Assembly: GCF_009834535.1 (NCBI RefSeq)
Contig: NC_045697.1
Location: 20,834,001-20,898,000, forward strand
DNA length: 64,000 bases
Reading direction: 5' to 3'
Source of the DNA: Camelus ferus
Taxonomy: Eukaryota
The number at the start of each line of letters is the position of its first letter. The first letter of the stretch is position 1. Below the pieces are notes generated by a model. The model made no database searches, was not told where the DNA came from, and saw only the letters and a program-made list of their open reading frames with translations. Position numbers and translations under genes: made by a program. Positions 53,021 to 64,000 of this stretch are shown here, piece after piece.

Positions 53021-53269
53021 TTTAGAAGTTGACTACTTGTCAGAGAATTTAATAGAAAGACCGTCAGAACTTTGCTTTCATTTTAGGTTTTTCTCAAACA
53101 AGTTGTGTTTCTTCTCTGGTTCTCAGCCTTCTGATTTGTAAAATGCAGAGGTAAAACAAGGTAATGTGCCTGCAATGCCGTCTTCAGTGTTCTGTTATAT
53201 GTAAGACTCAAGATATGCTGAGCTATAGTCTTGAATTTTTGTTAAGTGGATTGGCAGAAGCAGACATTG

Positions 53270-53590
53270 ATATTAGTGGAGCAGGCACCCTGCAAAATGG
53301 GCCCCAAAGATCTTCACCTGCTGGTATCCCTGCCACATTGTGGTACCCTTTGCTTGCCTGTGGGCTGGGTTTGGTGACTCGCTACTAATAAATAAAACAT
53401 AAAAGAAGTGATAGAGTATTATTTATTTGATTATCTTATAAAACATGGCAATTTTTATCTTGGGCCCTCCTTGTCTTTTACATTTTCCCTCTCTCTCTAA
53501 CTAGCCCTGAAAGGATCCAGACATCACGCTGTGAGACAGCCGTGTGGACAGTTCCAGGTGATGAGAAAGTGCATGACTGACCACCTGGCA
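53270..53590 (+). mobile_element. MaLR LTR 5' part, MLT1
   Basis: AAAATGGGCCCCAAAGATCTTCACCTGCTGGTATCCC...TGTGGGCTGGGTTTGGTGACTCGCTACTAA...GAAGTGATAG. Confidence 0.75.
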
Positions 53591-54149
53591 TATTGATTTT
53601 CATTTCAGTGAGTGTTTATCTATTGTGTCCATTCTGCCTAACGATATAATTAGTGAAGAAAATTAAATAGCATATGGTAAGACACCTTATTCTAAATACG
53701 CATCTTTTAGGGACTATGACTGCCCTTTAGCTTCTGATTTCAATATTTATTGGAATAGGGTAAGGCCCTAGCTATTTTCATGGCGGTCATTGTTTCTTTC
53801 ACATGGTGTTTTATTTCTACAAGCAGATTCACTCCCATTTTTTTCTATCCTTGGCTGCTGAACAACTTCTTTTGCGAGTTTCTCCAATCATTCTTAAGTC
53901 TCATCTTATGTAATTTTGCTTTCCTTGCTTTAATCTTATACCAATTTCATTCTTTCTCATCTTCCTACCTACAAATGTTTTTGGTCCAACTATTAGAAGT
54001 TAAAATATGGTTAAAATGGAACATTGGTATTATCTAATGGGATATTTCTTACTTTTTTTTTAAGACCATATGCATCTATTTTCATTACACTGGATCAGTT
54101 TAAAAATTTATCTTTAGATTCATTCTAATGGTATAAAATATAATACTAG

Positions 54150-54643
54150 TGTCGGCTGAAATAAATCCACAGCCTAAAAGTTGAGAGTTATGTTTTATTG
54201 GCGGATATTTCTGAGGACTCTTACCCCTTCGAGCCCAGGATGACAGCCTCTCAGATCGCTCTGAGGGACTCCTCCAAAGAGGTAGGGGAGAAGCTAAGAT
54301 ATATAGCAGTTTTACTACAAAGACCAGGTAGTTGGAACATTAAAAGATTACTTGTTAACTAAAGAAAACTAGGCATCTCAAGTTAAAGAATTTAGTGCTT
54401 TTCTATGTATGGGAGGAAGCAAACATTTGGGTTCATTGACTTCATTCCTTTGACAAGCACCTGGCTATCTAAGGCCTGTATCCTGTCCTTTCTTATTCTG
54501 AGTCCCCTCAGGGTGCACCACTGTGAGTGGCTGCAGAGGCCAGGCTGCAGGCTTGTCTTCACTGGCAGGTAGCAGCCGCTAATGACTTGATGGCTTTAGC
54601 ATTCTTTGTTTACTGATATGGTTTGCAGTATTTTTCGTTTACA
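54150..54643 (-). mobile_element. Intact lineage-specific ERV1 solo LTR (artiodactyl, possibly MER41-like)
   Basis: TG...CA, 494 bp, perfect 4-bp TSD CTAG (54146-54149, 54644-54647). TTTATT at ~54194 gives a minus-strand polyA signal; TATATA at ~54300. CCTAAAAGTTGAGAGTTATGTTTTATT and CTCAAGTTAAAGAATTTAGTGCTTTTCTATGTATGGGA are recalled from artiodactyl ERV1 LTRs. Confidence 0.9.
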
Positions 54644-56119
54644 CTAGTAATGGCAAACAAGAAAAAGTATAAGAACATTTCATTATATATGATGATGAAA
54701 CATCAAAGTGATTTATGATATTTCACTGTGAAATTAACACATCTAAATCTTGTCAAAAGTACATTCTAAACATTCTCAGAAAGAGTTAACCTTTTTTTAG
54801 GTCAAGTTTGAAATATTAACTTTTGCTATATTTTTTCTACCTCTAATATTGAGGTTGATAATTTGAAGATACTAATCTTAAACTTTCAAGAAAATTGCTA
54901 GTTTGGCTAAAATAAAATATGTCATTTTTGGAATTAGCTATTTAATTAAAATTTTCATTCATCTTCTTGAAAATAGAGATAACTGACAGGCAAATTTTAA
55001 TCTTCAAGAAATTACTATTTATAATGATTATTAAACTTAAATTACAAAAATTTAATTTTTGCTTTGTGTACTTTCCAGGTATTTTATTTTCACAGTTGAG
55101 GTTTAACTGTATGAGAGAAAGTTCATATAAATATGTATTTAACACAAGATTGCCTCAATTTTATTTATTTACTTAAACTAGTAAACTCAGAACTAACATT
55201 TGAATTTATTCTGGACATTAATCAAAATATGTTACCACTAAAATTTTCTTTTACATTTTTGGACAAACCTAAAACATGGTTTTTATTTATTCTACACAAT
55301 ACATTGATATTATTTTAATTATATTTAATTTTAGTTAATTAGAATTTGGTAACAGTGTTGTTTGTTCTTTTAAAATCTGTAGACTTCTATTTCATAAGTT
55401 AACATATAACTCCAAAACCAATTCTCACATTTAACTAGCTGTCATAAACATCAACAAGAATAAAACATTAACTTTGCAAAACCAAGAATTTATGATTTAT
55501 TGGCAGTTTTGCTCTTTTAATCATATCATAGTTTGGATTGAATTACCTGCTAAGAGATGAAGTAATGAGTCTATAAACTGCACATTCAAGATCCATTTAA
55601 ATATTAAGATCTACATTTTTATTCACATATATGTAATGCCCTTTAATTTGAAAACAAAAATGACTTGAGAAATAAGCATATATCTGTCTGTAACTGCTAA
55701 TTCTGCATTCTCCTGCTGTTACAGTGATTCTAACAGTGAGAATATTATACGAAATCCCAAAGTAATGGAAAGGGCGATTGTGTTAAAAGGGCCGAGACAC
55801 CAGTCAACTGAGACTCGTGATGTGATTACCCCTACTCTTGGCAGTGCCACTATGACGTGATGAGTGACTGCAGAGTTAAACGGGAAAGAAGAAAATGTGA
55901 TGCTGATTCTAATTTTCACGTAGATTTTTCTCTGTACTTGGAGAATATGCTGCATCACATTGCTTCCCAAACTGGAAACTGCCCTGCTGTACTCTGCAAC
56001 TTGCAAGTGTGAAAGAAACATATAAAAGACAGGTATTCAAGTCTGACATAAACAGTGTCTGGAAAACCAGAGTGGAAATAAAGACTGACAATGTGTTAGC
56101 ACTGGCTGAGAGTGGATTA

Positions 56120-56340
56120 GCCAAGGAATCTAAAAGTGACTCCGCTGTTTGAAGTTCCATTGCCACTTTTCAGCTGTGATCTTCAACAAGTTATTTAACT
56201 TCTCTGTATCTTGGTTTTTCAATTGTGAAATTATAATAATAGTAAAAATGTTAATATCCACTTCATCAAATTATTGCGAGGCATAGAAAATTAATAGATG
56301 AGCAAAGCACTTAAATTAGTACCTGGAATACAGTAGGCAC
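56120..56340. mobile_element. MIR SINE
   Basis: TGCCACTTTTCAGCTGTGATCTTCAACAAGTTATTTAACTTCTCTGTATCTTGGTTTT...AAAGCACTTAAATTAGTACCTGGAATACAGTAGGCAC. Confidence 0.8.
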
Positions 56341-58189
56341 AAAGCTTTTATTTTTATGGCTCAAAAAGTATCTCCATGGCTGATTTTATGAACTAATAAA
56401 TGAAATTGCTTTCCTGTTTAGAAAAGATATACAAGTCAATTGTAGGAAATTTGGAAAATAATGAAAATAGTAAAAAGTCAAATCTTACTCATAATGTCAA
56501 ACTCACTAATGTCTATTATTTATTTAATTCAATTACTTTATTTACCTATTAGAAATATTTTCCATAAATTAAATATACCTTTCTAATATCATTTTTAGTG
56601 ACTGCATGGTATTTATTCCATTAGATTATTCCATAGTTTATCTACCATTTAGTATCTGAGGAGACCTCAGTTTCTCATCCCTAAAGTACACTTAGTAATA
56701 AATATCTACCTCTTGGTGTAATATGGAAAATTAGGTTTGACAATGCATATAGAATTAACAAAATCTGAGCATGAAACGAACATTAGCTATTGTTATTATT
56801 TAATCATTGCAACTTAAAGAATTCCATTTTGTTTTACTTAATTCTTTTCACATATTTATGATGTACTGGGGAAGTGTGTATAAGTTGAATTAATGAAGCA
56901 CACATTTTACATGTTATTAAGATTTTAAATCTAGGAATCATTTTTAAATTGCAGTTAAGCATAACCATTTTAACTAAATTTTCCTTGTTTTCCCTCCAAG
57001 CAATTAAATTCCCAAAATCCCTTCTCATTTTCTCTCTTATTTTAAGGACACGATTCAACTGTCCTCCAAGCAAAGACTTAGTATACCCTTTCAATTACAT
57101 GATTGCAGTTTGCACAGTCTCATTTATCAGACTTTATAGAGCTAATAGGTTTCTTTTGCCTTGAACCATCTTTTAAGATATTTAAAGGTGATTTTTTAAT
57201 GCAAATAACTTCAATTTTATATCTCTGACTGTAGGGAAATTATTCTAATTTGCAATGATACTAAATGCAAACCAAGTGAAAAGTACTAGTGAGCAACTGC
57301 AGAATTATTCAGTTTTAGGTTTTTTTCATAAATATCTCTTCTCAGTTCTGTGCTGGATAAAAATTACATAGAAAGTAAATGTATATATCTGCAATTAAAA
57401 TTATTAACTTATTTTTTAAATATGAGCTCATATTTAAACCAATTTCTCATGTCTTATGTAAGGACTAGGTTAAAAAAAATTGTGGGAGCTTTGTTCATGT
57501 ACTGCCAAGTATGGGATCCTGGCAATCAAAGCAAAAATTTTGAGATCTATTTCTTAGATTATAGTCCTTGGGCACTCAAAGAACTAAGGACAAATTCTCT
57601 TGAATGATGGAAAATCTATTAGAATTCACTTAAATCTTATGAATTCTACTATTTTAATTTATAGCATATGCATTGCTTCTGTTTTGACAATTATTAGATA
57701 TTTTAACAATTCTCTAGCATTATATTCAGTAATATGCACACCCATTGTCATTGAACTATGAGAAATTATTTTAACAAATGATAGTCTTACACATGACTAT
57801 GACACTTTTAGTAACCAACAAAGTAATTCCTAATATTCTTCTAGTAGCCTTATCTTTTTACTATCTAAAAATTCTAGTTTGTTTATAAACAAAATAATAC
57901 TAAGAAAACAGGGAGCAAGGAAGTAACAGTAGTTAGTCTTTTATTCATGACTATTATAATTCTATGTAAGTAACGGAATAGCTTCCAAATTTTATGCTAA
58001 ATCTGGAGAACTCTAATAAGGATCTAAAATCGTGCCAAGAACAAAAGTAAAGAGATCTATTAGCAGTGTTTGCTGAAAGATTATTAAGGAAATTAGTGAC
58101 ATGTACACCATATATTAATCATGCCCAGTGAATTCACATTCTCAGACTAAATTTTTCTGATCTAAAATTTCTCTTTTGAATCGTTATTT

Positions 58190-58640
58190 CATTAGTCAAG
58201 CTTCTTGCAGCTGCATGAAGTAGAATTAAACTCAGAATGGTCTAAGGAAAACAAATTTGTTATTTGATTGGCTGATGTAACTGGCATTTTCAGTGTCAAA
58301 CTTATGTTCAGGAACAAGTAGACACGAGGGCTTTGTCAAATCTATCTAATCTCTCTTTGTCTCTGTGTTGCCTTCATTTCAATGTACAAGCTGTCTTTGT
58401 AGTGGCAAACATGATCACCTATATCTTAAGACTTTTATATTATTAGTTTATAGAACTTAGCAGAAAAAAGCAGGTGCAGAATGAATTACATGTTACTATT
58501 ATTTGCCCAACCCAGAATGTGGCTCTGTGGTGAAGGATTAATTAGATCCAACAGAGGAACATGGACTAATGGTGGAAAAGAAGTGAAACACCAAAGGAAA
58601 TTTAGGAGGCTTTTAACTAAAGAAGGGTGAAACAACAAAC
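58190..58640 (-). mobile_element. MaLR LTR, old MLT1
   Basis: ATTAGTCAAGCTTCTTGCAGCTGCATGAAGTAGAA...ACTCAGAATGGTCTAAGGAAAA...TTGGCTGATGTAACTG. Confidence 0.55.
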
Positions 58641-58681
58641 GGTCATGATATCAACTAAAATGTTACTTTGATAATATTCAC

Positions 58682-59180
58682 TGTATTAATTTTCTATTGT
58701 CACATTAAAAATTACTATAAATTTAGTGACTATCAATGACACCTCTTTATTATTCTACAGTGTCTGTAGGTTAGAAATCCAGATATAGTTTACCTGAGTA
58801 CCTTGTTCAGGTTCTCATAGACTGGAAACAAGACGTCAGCATGGGTGGTAATCCAATATTTACAGTCTTCTTCCAAACTCAATGCTTGTTGACATAATTC
58901 AGTTCTTTTTGGCTGTAGGACCAAACCAACCAATCAGTTCTTAGAGGCCTCCCATTGTTACCTGCCATGTGACATGGTACTTTGCTTGAAGTTTCTGTTG
59001 CTTGCCTGCCTCTGACTTTTACATCTAGACCTGCTTCTCTGATTATGTCAGGCCTAGCCAGGATAATTTACCTCCTGAATAGTTTAAATTGATCATATCT
59101 GTGAGATCCACCTTTGCTATATAATATAACCATCATGAAGCATAAAACTTGGTCACCACTTTAGAATTCTGCTCACCACA
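58682..59180 (-). mobile_element. MaLR LTR, MLT1 (E-like)
   Basis: TGTATTAATTTTCTATTG...AAATTACTATAAATTTAGTGAC...TCTGTAGGTTAGAAATCCAG...GGTCACCACTTTAGAATTCTGCTCACCACA. Confidence 0.85.
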
Positions 59181-59529
59181 TCTGCTAATCAATATCATCA
59201 ATATATAGCTATAACATAAAGGCTTATATTTACTAAAATAAATAATATTTTCAAGGTTATAATTTTTAATAATTTCATTGACATCTCTTACTACCATGCT
59301 TTCTTTAACACATTTTGGTTGTTCATTTATTTTTTATGTTTCTTATAGTACTTCATAATCATCATTTAGCCATAATCCATCAAAACACTCAAACATTAGA
59401 TATCATGTCTCTCCATAATGTGAATCTTCAAAAGAAATCAATTTCAGTTTAACAATTTAAACTTACATAGAAATGTACGTAAACACACACACACACAACC
59501 AAAGAATTCCTTTGTACAGAGGTTTAAAA

Positions 59530-60420
59530 ACTTGTTTAGGGGGTCATGTTAAGTATTGCTATGGCCAAGAAAATTTTCCCCTAAAAACAGCTATAAAGCA
59601 GGACCAAATTGACAAAAACAATCATTTCAGTGCTTTGGAAAATGACCACATATTTATATGAAAACTGTCTATGTTTGAATAAATATTGAACTTCTAGAAA
59701 GAATGATAGGAATCTGGGATGATCCACCCTTTGGATGGTACCCCTCACCTCCACCCCACTCCTACTCAATAGCTGACAAACACAGAGGTTCTGCAGAAAC
59801 AACCGTTTCCTTTCCACAATGGAAAAAAGCTCACTTGATATGGACCTGTGAGCATTGCCTAAATCCAGTAGCATTATTGATGGAGGTAACAATTTGTACT
59901 AGCCCAGAGTTTCAGTCATAACTGGGGCAACTTTATTTATGACCCAGAATATAAAGATAAGTAGCAGGGAAGAAATGGCCAAAGTCAACCACAAATTCCT
60001 GGTTGACCCTAAAGATTCATATATATACACAGGAGATAACTTAAAAAAAAAAGCCAAACAAAATAAAATATGAGAAAAACTTGAAAATAGCCAGAAAATG
60101 TACATTTTTTAAAATTGTCTGTAAGCAGATCTATCAGCAGAAATCACAAGCAATACTGGCTAGAGGTTGAACATAATGGTCTAATCATTGCCCTCTAAAC
60201 ACCATGAGCACAATGGTTCTAGTAATCCAGTCTTAAAAATAAAAATTAAAAAACAAACAAACAAAAAAAAAACTGAGCCAAGGCATTGTGGCTGCTCACC
60301 ACAGGAGAGCAAAATTTTTTGTTTCATCAAGGCAATTTTTTTAACAAAAAAAGAAACAAACAAAACCATAGCAACAACAATCTTCAGGAAGATAGATCAA
60401 AATCTGGAATATTCTAGATA
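59530..60420 (+). mobile_element. Probable ancient L1M 5' region
   Basis: AACAATCATTTCAGTGCTTTGGAAAATGACC, C-rich CCCCTCACCTCCACCCCACTCC, CCCAGAGTTTCAGTCATAACTGGGGCAAC, followed by A-rich pre-ORF1-like sequence. Confidence 0.5.
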
Positions 60421-60425
60421 AGTAA

Positions 60426-60785
60426 TCATGTGTTGGTTAGATGTAGGAGAGGGAAGCATTCTATAATCCTATGATTTGGCCTCAGTCTTCTAATAAGCCC
60501 GTGGCCCTGGGCTCTATCTTTCACAAGTGCTTCTCAGCATTTTTTTTACCCCTTAGGTGAGTCTAGAGAGGCCTAGAGTCGGTTATTTATTTCCCTTCCC
60601 CATGTAAGTCAGGCTCTGGTAAAATAGTTTCCATTGAGGCAGTTCTTTTTAAGGAGAACAAACTACTTTGGGATTATTTCAAGATTGCTACTTTCCTCTC
60701 CCTCTGTCTGAAGATTTAGGACATTTCCTTCAGATACTTGCCCTGAGAAACTGCTGAGGCTCCTATTGGTAAAACTCATAAAATT
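60426..60785 (-). mobile_element. ERV1 LTR (MER21/MER34/MER39-like)
   Basis: GGGAAGCATTCTATAATCCTATGATT..CTCAGTCTT...TTCACAAGTGCTTCTCAG...CCCCTTAGGTGAG...GGCTCTGGTAAAATAGTTTCC...GGTAAAACTCATAAAA. Confidence 0.75.
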
Positions 60786-62699
60786 GTTATTTATTCATAT
60801 AAGCATTATCTAGTACTTAAAATAATGATCATATATTTCATTCTTCTATGAATGAAAAATGTATCTAATAACATCTAGGTTAAAGATATAAGTGATTTTA
60901 AATAAGATAATTGCTAATTTTTAGAAATACAAGAGTGAAAATACATTTATGGTAGTATTTCAAATATTTGTTCAAACTCATGAATGAATAGACAAGTAAC
61001 CAGTTGAGGAAAAGAAATCAACCAAAATTTTCAGAGTCTATAGATTAATATCCTACATAATCCAAGTAGATTCACATATCATACCAACTTTCTGGGCATC
61101 CTTACACTTATTTAAGTTTAGTAGTAGTAGTAGTAATATTAGTGATTTCTATTTTTAGACACATTCTGATATTATCATGCACTTTTGCACTTTTACATAT
61201 TTTTTTAAAAAAATGTATTCAGAATAGCAGATTCTAAAATCTCAGTGATTTTTGATCTTGCTTGTTCTGATATAGATGGATCATGTATTTAAGTGTCCAT
61301 TTAAAGGGGAGATTGAGCATTCTTACAACAGGCTGTCAAAAAACATTATTTTATAAATCTCATGATTCTTAAAATCTAATCTATATTAATGTAGGCAGAA
61401 AAAAATTCAAAACTTTGAATTATCAAATATTGGTGTTGTAAATTATCTCTTTGTATTTAATAATTATCACTTCAATAAGAATCATAAATATCAGATTTAT
61501 TTCTCATTTACATTTAGCAGAAAATTTTATCCTCTTTATTCTGAATATCTGACATTCTTTCCATGAAATAGGAATCTGTATGAAAAAGAAAAACCTGGGA
61601 AAATTATTGACTGCATTAAGACTTTACAAGTTAGGAGGAAAAAGAGAAAGAGAAAGAAAGATGAGTGAGAATGACAAAAAGTGAACAAAAATGAGGAACT
61701 CCACTTGGAGTGAGTTGGTTGATTTTAAAGAAAGAAAATCCCAGCAAGAAAAAAATAAAATCTGGAATGAGTGTGTAATTATAATTATACTCTGGATTTT
61801 CACGAAAAAATTTCGCTTACCAGTGGCAAGCAAAACAAATTAGTTTTACATGAACACTATAACTTTTATTGTAAAATTTTAAAAATATGTGATAAAAAAT
61901 ATAACTTACTCTATTCCATTAGATGTATTGAAAAAGTTTTTCCGTACAAACTAAGACATTAAGGCACATTTACATGGAATGGTGAAGCGTTGAATTAATG
62001 AAGGCTGAGCAAGAAGTCCAGGCTTAAATTACACTCCTCGAGAGATGCAACCTTCTTGATTACTTTAAAATTTAGGATGTCAAGCTGCTGTCTTTTTTTC
62101 CCAATAATTTTCTTTCAAAATAAAATATGTACTTTTTTTAGCCTATTCATTTTGCAAAGACCAAGTGTATGGCAAAAGCAGAATTCCTTACTTTATATTT
62201 TATGGGCAGTCTCTTTACTCTTCATACATTCTGTACCTTCAGGTATATGACACTTAGTTCATATTTTTCCAGAGACCTAATTCCAATTAATGTCAGAAAT
62301 GGTGTGAGGAGATTTCAAGTGATGAATGTACTTGGGTCTATTAGAAAACTATCAGGCTTTTTGCATAGAAACACAAAATCCATTCATCAAAGGATGGGAT
62401 TTACTAGGTGTAAATATAGGATTTTGCAGATTGACAGAAAGAGAATCAAATTTTTTAGTGACATCAGATGATGTGATATGGCCAGTTGAGGAAGAATCAT
62501 AGTTTTTATCTTTTGTATTAGAAATAATTAAAATTTAATTTTCTTCCTTATTTTATTCTCATATGTCCACTCTCTTTTTTCTATTTATGATTGCAAATTT
62601 TATTATTTTTCACAATTTTTTCCACTCAGTTTTTCATGTGTGCACTTCATTCCAATTAGATAAATGTCATTATACAAATTATTTTTCAACTTATGCCAA

Positions 62700-63330
62700 A
62701 CATATATCCAGTAAATTTCTTTAAACATCACTAGAATAAGATTTCATCATATCAATGTCATAATTATACATAGTTTTATTATAAATGTAATGCTTAAGAA
62801 AACTCAAGCAATATAACACTTCACAAAATAAAAAAAAATTACAATTTTCTCACCCCCTTATCACTTCATCACTTCAACCATTTCCACTGAGTCATTAAGA
62901 TGAAAATTTTTGTTTATATCATTTAAGATCTTCTACAAACACATGTACACACATACACTCTAATATTATTACTTTAGATTTGTGAATGTTAGAAGTTTCA
63001 CTTTATAACTCATCAAGTTAGCACAACAAATGTCATCTCTTTTCTATAGCGCCTGCATATAGTTCCATGTTACAAATATACCATAATACCCTTATTATAG
63101 TACATTTAGGTAGTTAATGGTATTTTTCGCTATTATGAGAAATATAATTTGTATGTATGTATCACACTTATTAAATAGTTGCTTAAGATAGATTCCTAGA
63201 ATTAAACTTGGATGGTGAAAAGTATGCACATTTATATTGTTGATAGGTATTGTCAAGTTGATCTCCAAAAACTATGTAAACTCTGTAACAGTTTATTTTC
63301 CCTTATTTTCATTCATTGTGTTTTGGAAAA
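62700..63330 (-). mobile_element. Ancient L1ME-like 3' end
   Basis: ATAGTTCCATGTTACAAATATACCATAAT...ACATTTAGGTAGTT...GATAGATTCCTAGAATTAAA...ATATTGTTGATAGGTATTGTCAAGTTGATCTCCAAAA. Confidence 0.7.
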
Positions 63331-64000
63331 ATTACCTGGCTTTTTTTTTAAACAAAAAAAACCGGTGTCATAACCCTAACTTTTGTTAGCATTTTAGTAC
63401 AAATATTAACCAGGAGGGACTCAAAGGTTAAGATAGTTGCTAAGCAACTACCAACCAGCCTACCTTGAGAGCAAGCTTTCAGGGCATTTTTCTGGAGACA
63501 TAAATCCACCTTCTTAATTTTGCTTCTCACATCATATACATACAGCTCAGTGAACTGAGCCATAATCTACCTAACTTGTTTTGGTTAGATTGTTCATGAT
63601 CACTTTCTCCTGCAACGCACATAAACACCTAGCAGTATAGAAATATTACCTGCCAAATTAAATGATCTTATGAAACTAGGTATTCTTTCAACCCTGCTCA
63701 GTATTTTGATTTGCCATAGGCATGTTCATTGATATTTACAATAACACCATTGATTTTGGAATCACAGATTATTGATTTTAATTTTGCTACTGTGCTCTTT
63801 CTTTGGTGCCCTAACTTTCGGTCTTCCAGATTGACTCTTATTAAGTTATTTCTATTCTGCCTCTCTAATCTCTACAGCTTTGCCCCTGCAGATGTCCATA
63901 ATGCCTGCCTACTTGTGTTTAATTAGCTTGATGGTTATTCCCTTTCCAAAATCATTAATAAAGATGCAATACAAGATCCCTCCACCTCATCCAGAAGAGA

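Noticed and set aside
1..64000. ORF track entries as host genes
   Set aside because: All are 126 aa or shorter, many use non-ATG starts or lie in repeats, and none has a recognisable domain except the ERV pieces at 46944-48587.
1..64000. CRISPR arrays, operons, prokaryotic defence systems, non-retroviral viral insertions or NUMTs
   Set aside because: No regularly spaced repeats, long ORFs or recognisable viral/mitochondrial sequence seen. Highly decayed insertions cannot be excluded without tBLASTX.

Overview
This is AT-rich, repeat-dense mammalian genomic DNA, not prokaryotic. It is very probably from a camelid: it carries a camelid-type tRNA-derived SINE at 46100-46233 and a young camelid-type L1 3' end with a perfect 13-bp target-site duplication (TSD) at 16177-16436. 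I find no recognisable host coding exon, RNA gene, CpG island or CRISPR array, so the window looks like gene desert or deep intron, and nearly all ORF-track entries are chance ORFs. The only clearly protein-derived sequence is retroviral and decayed. (1) A proviral remnant at ~46830-49151 has class III (ERV-L/ERV-S-like) protease-RT-tether joined directly to a gamma-type env (SU C-terminus plus TM with immunosuppressive domain and CX6CC), then a polypurine tract and 3' LTR. RNase H, integrase, most of SU, gag and the 5' LTR are missing. (2) A related solo LTR at 17807-18206 is nested inside an ERV1 LTR with an ATAC TSD. (3) An orphan ERV-L RNase H/integrase fragment lies at ~40700-41275. The rest is MaLR/MLT LTRs, ERV1 solo LTRs, L1/L2/MIR, MER5/MER58 and microsatellites. 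Repeat family names are from recall of consensus sequences, not a database search, and boundaries of old repeats are approximate. I cannot support a claim of a new functional biological system; the pol/env chimera is the best lead.
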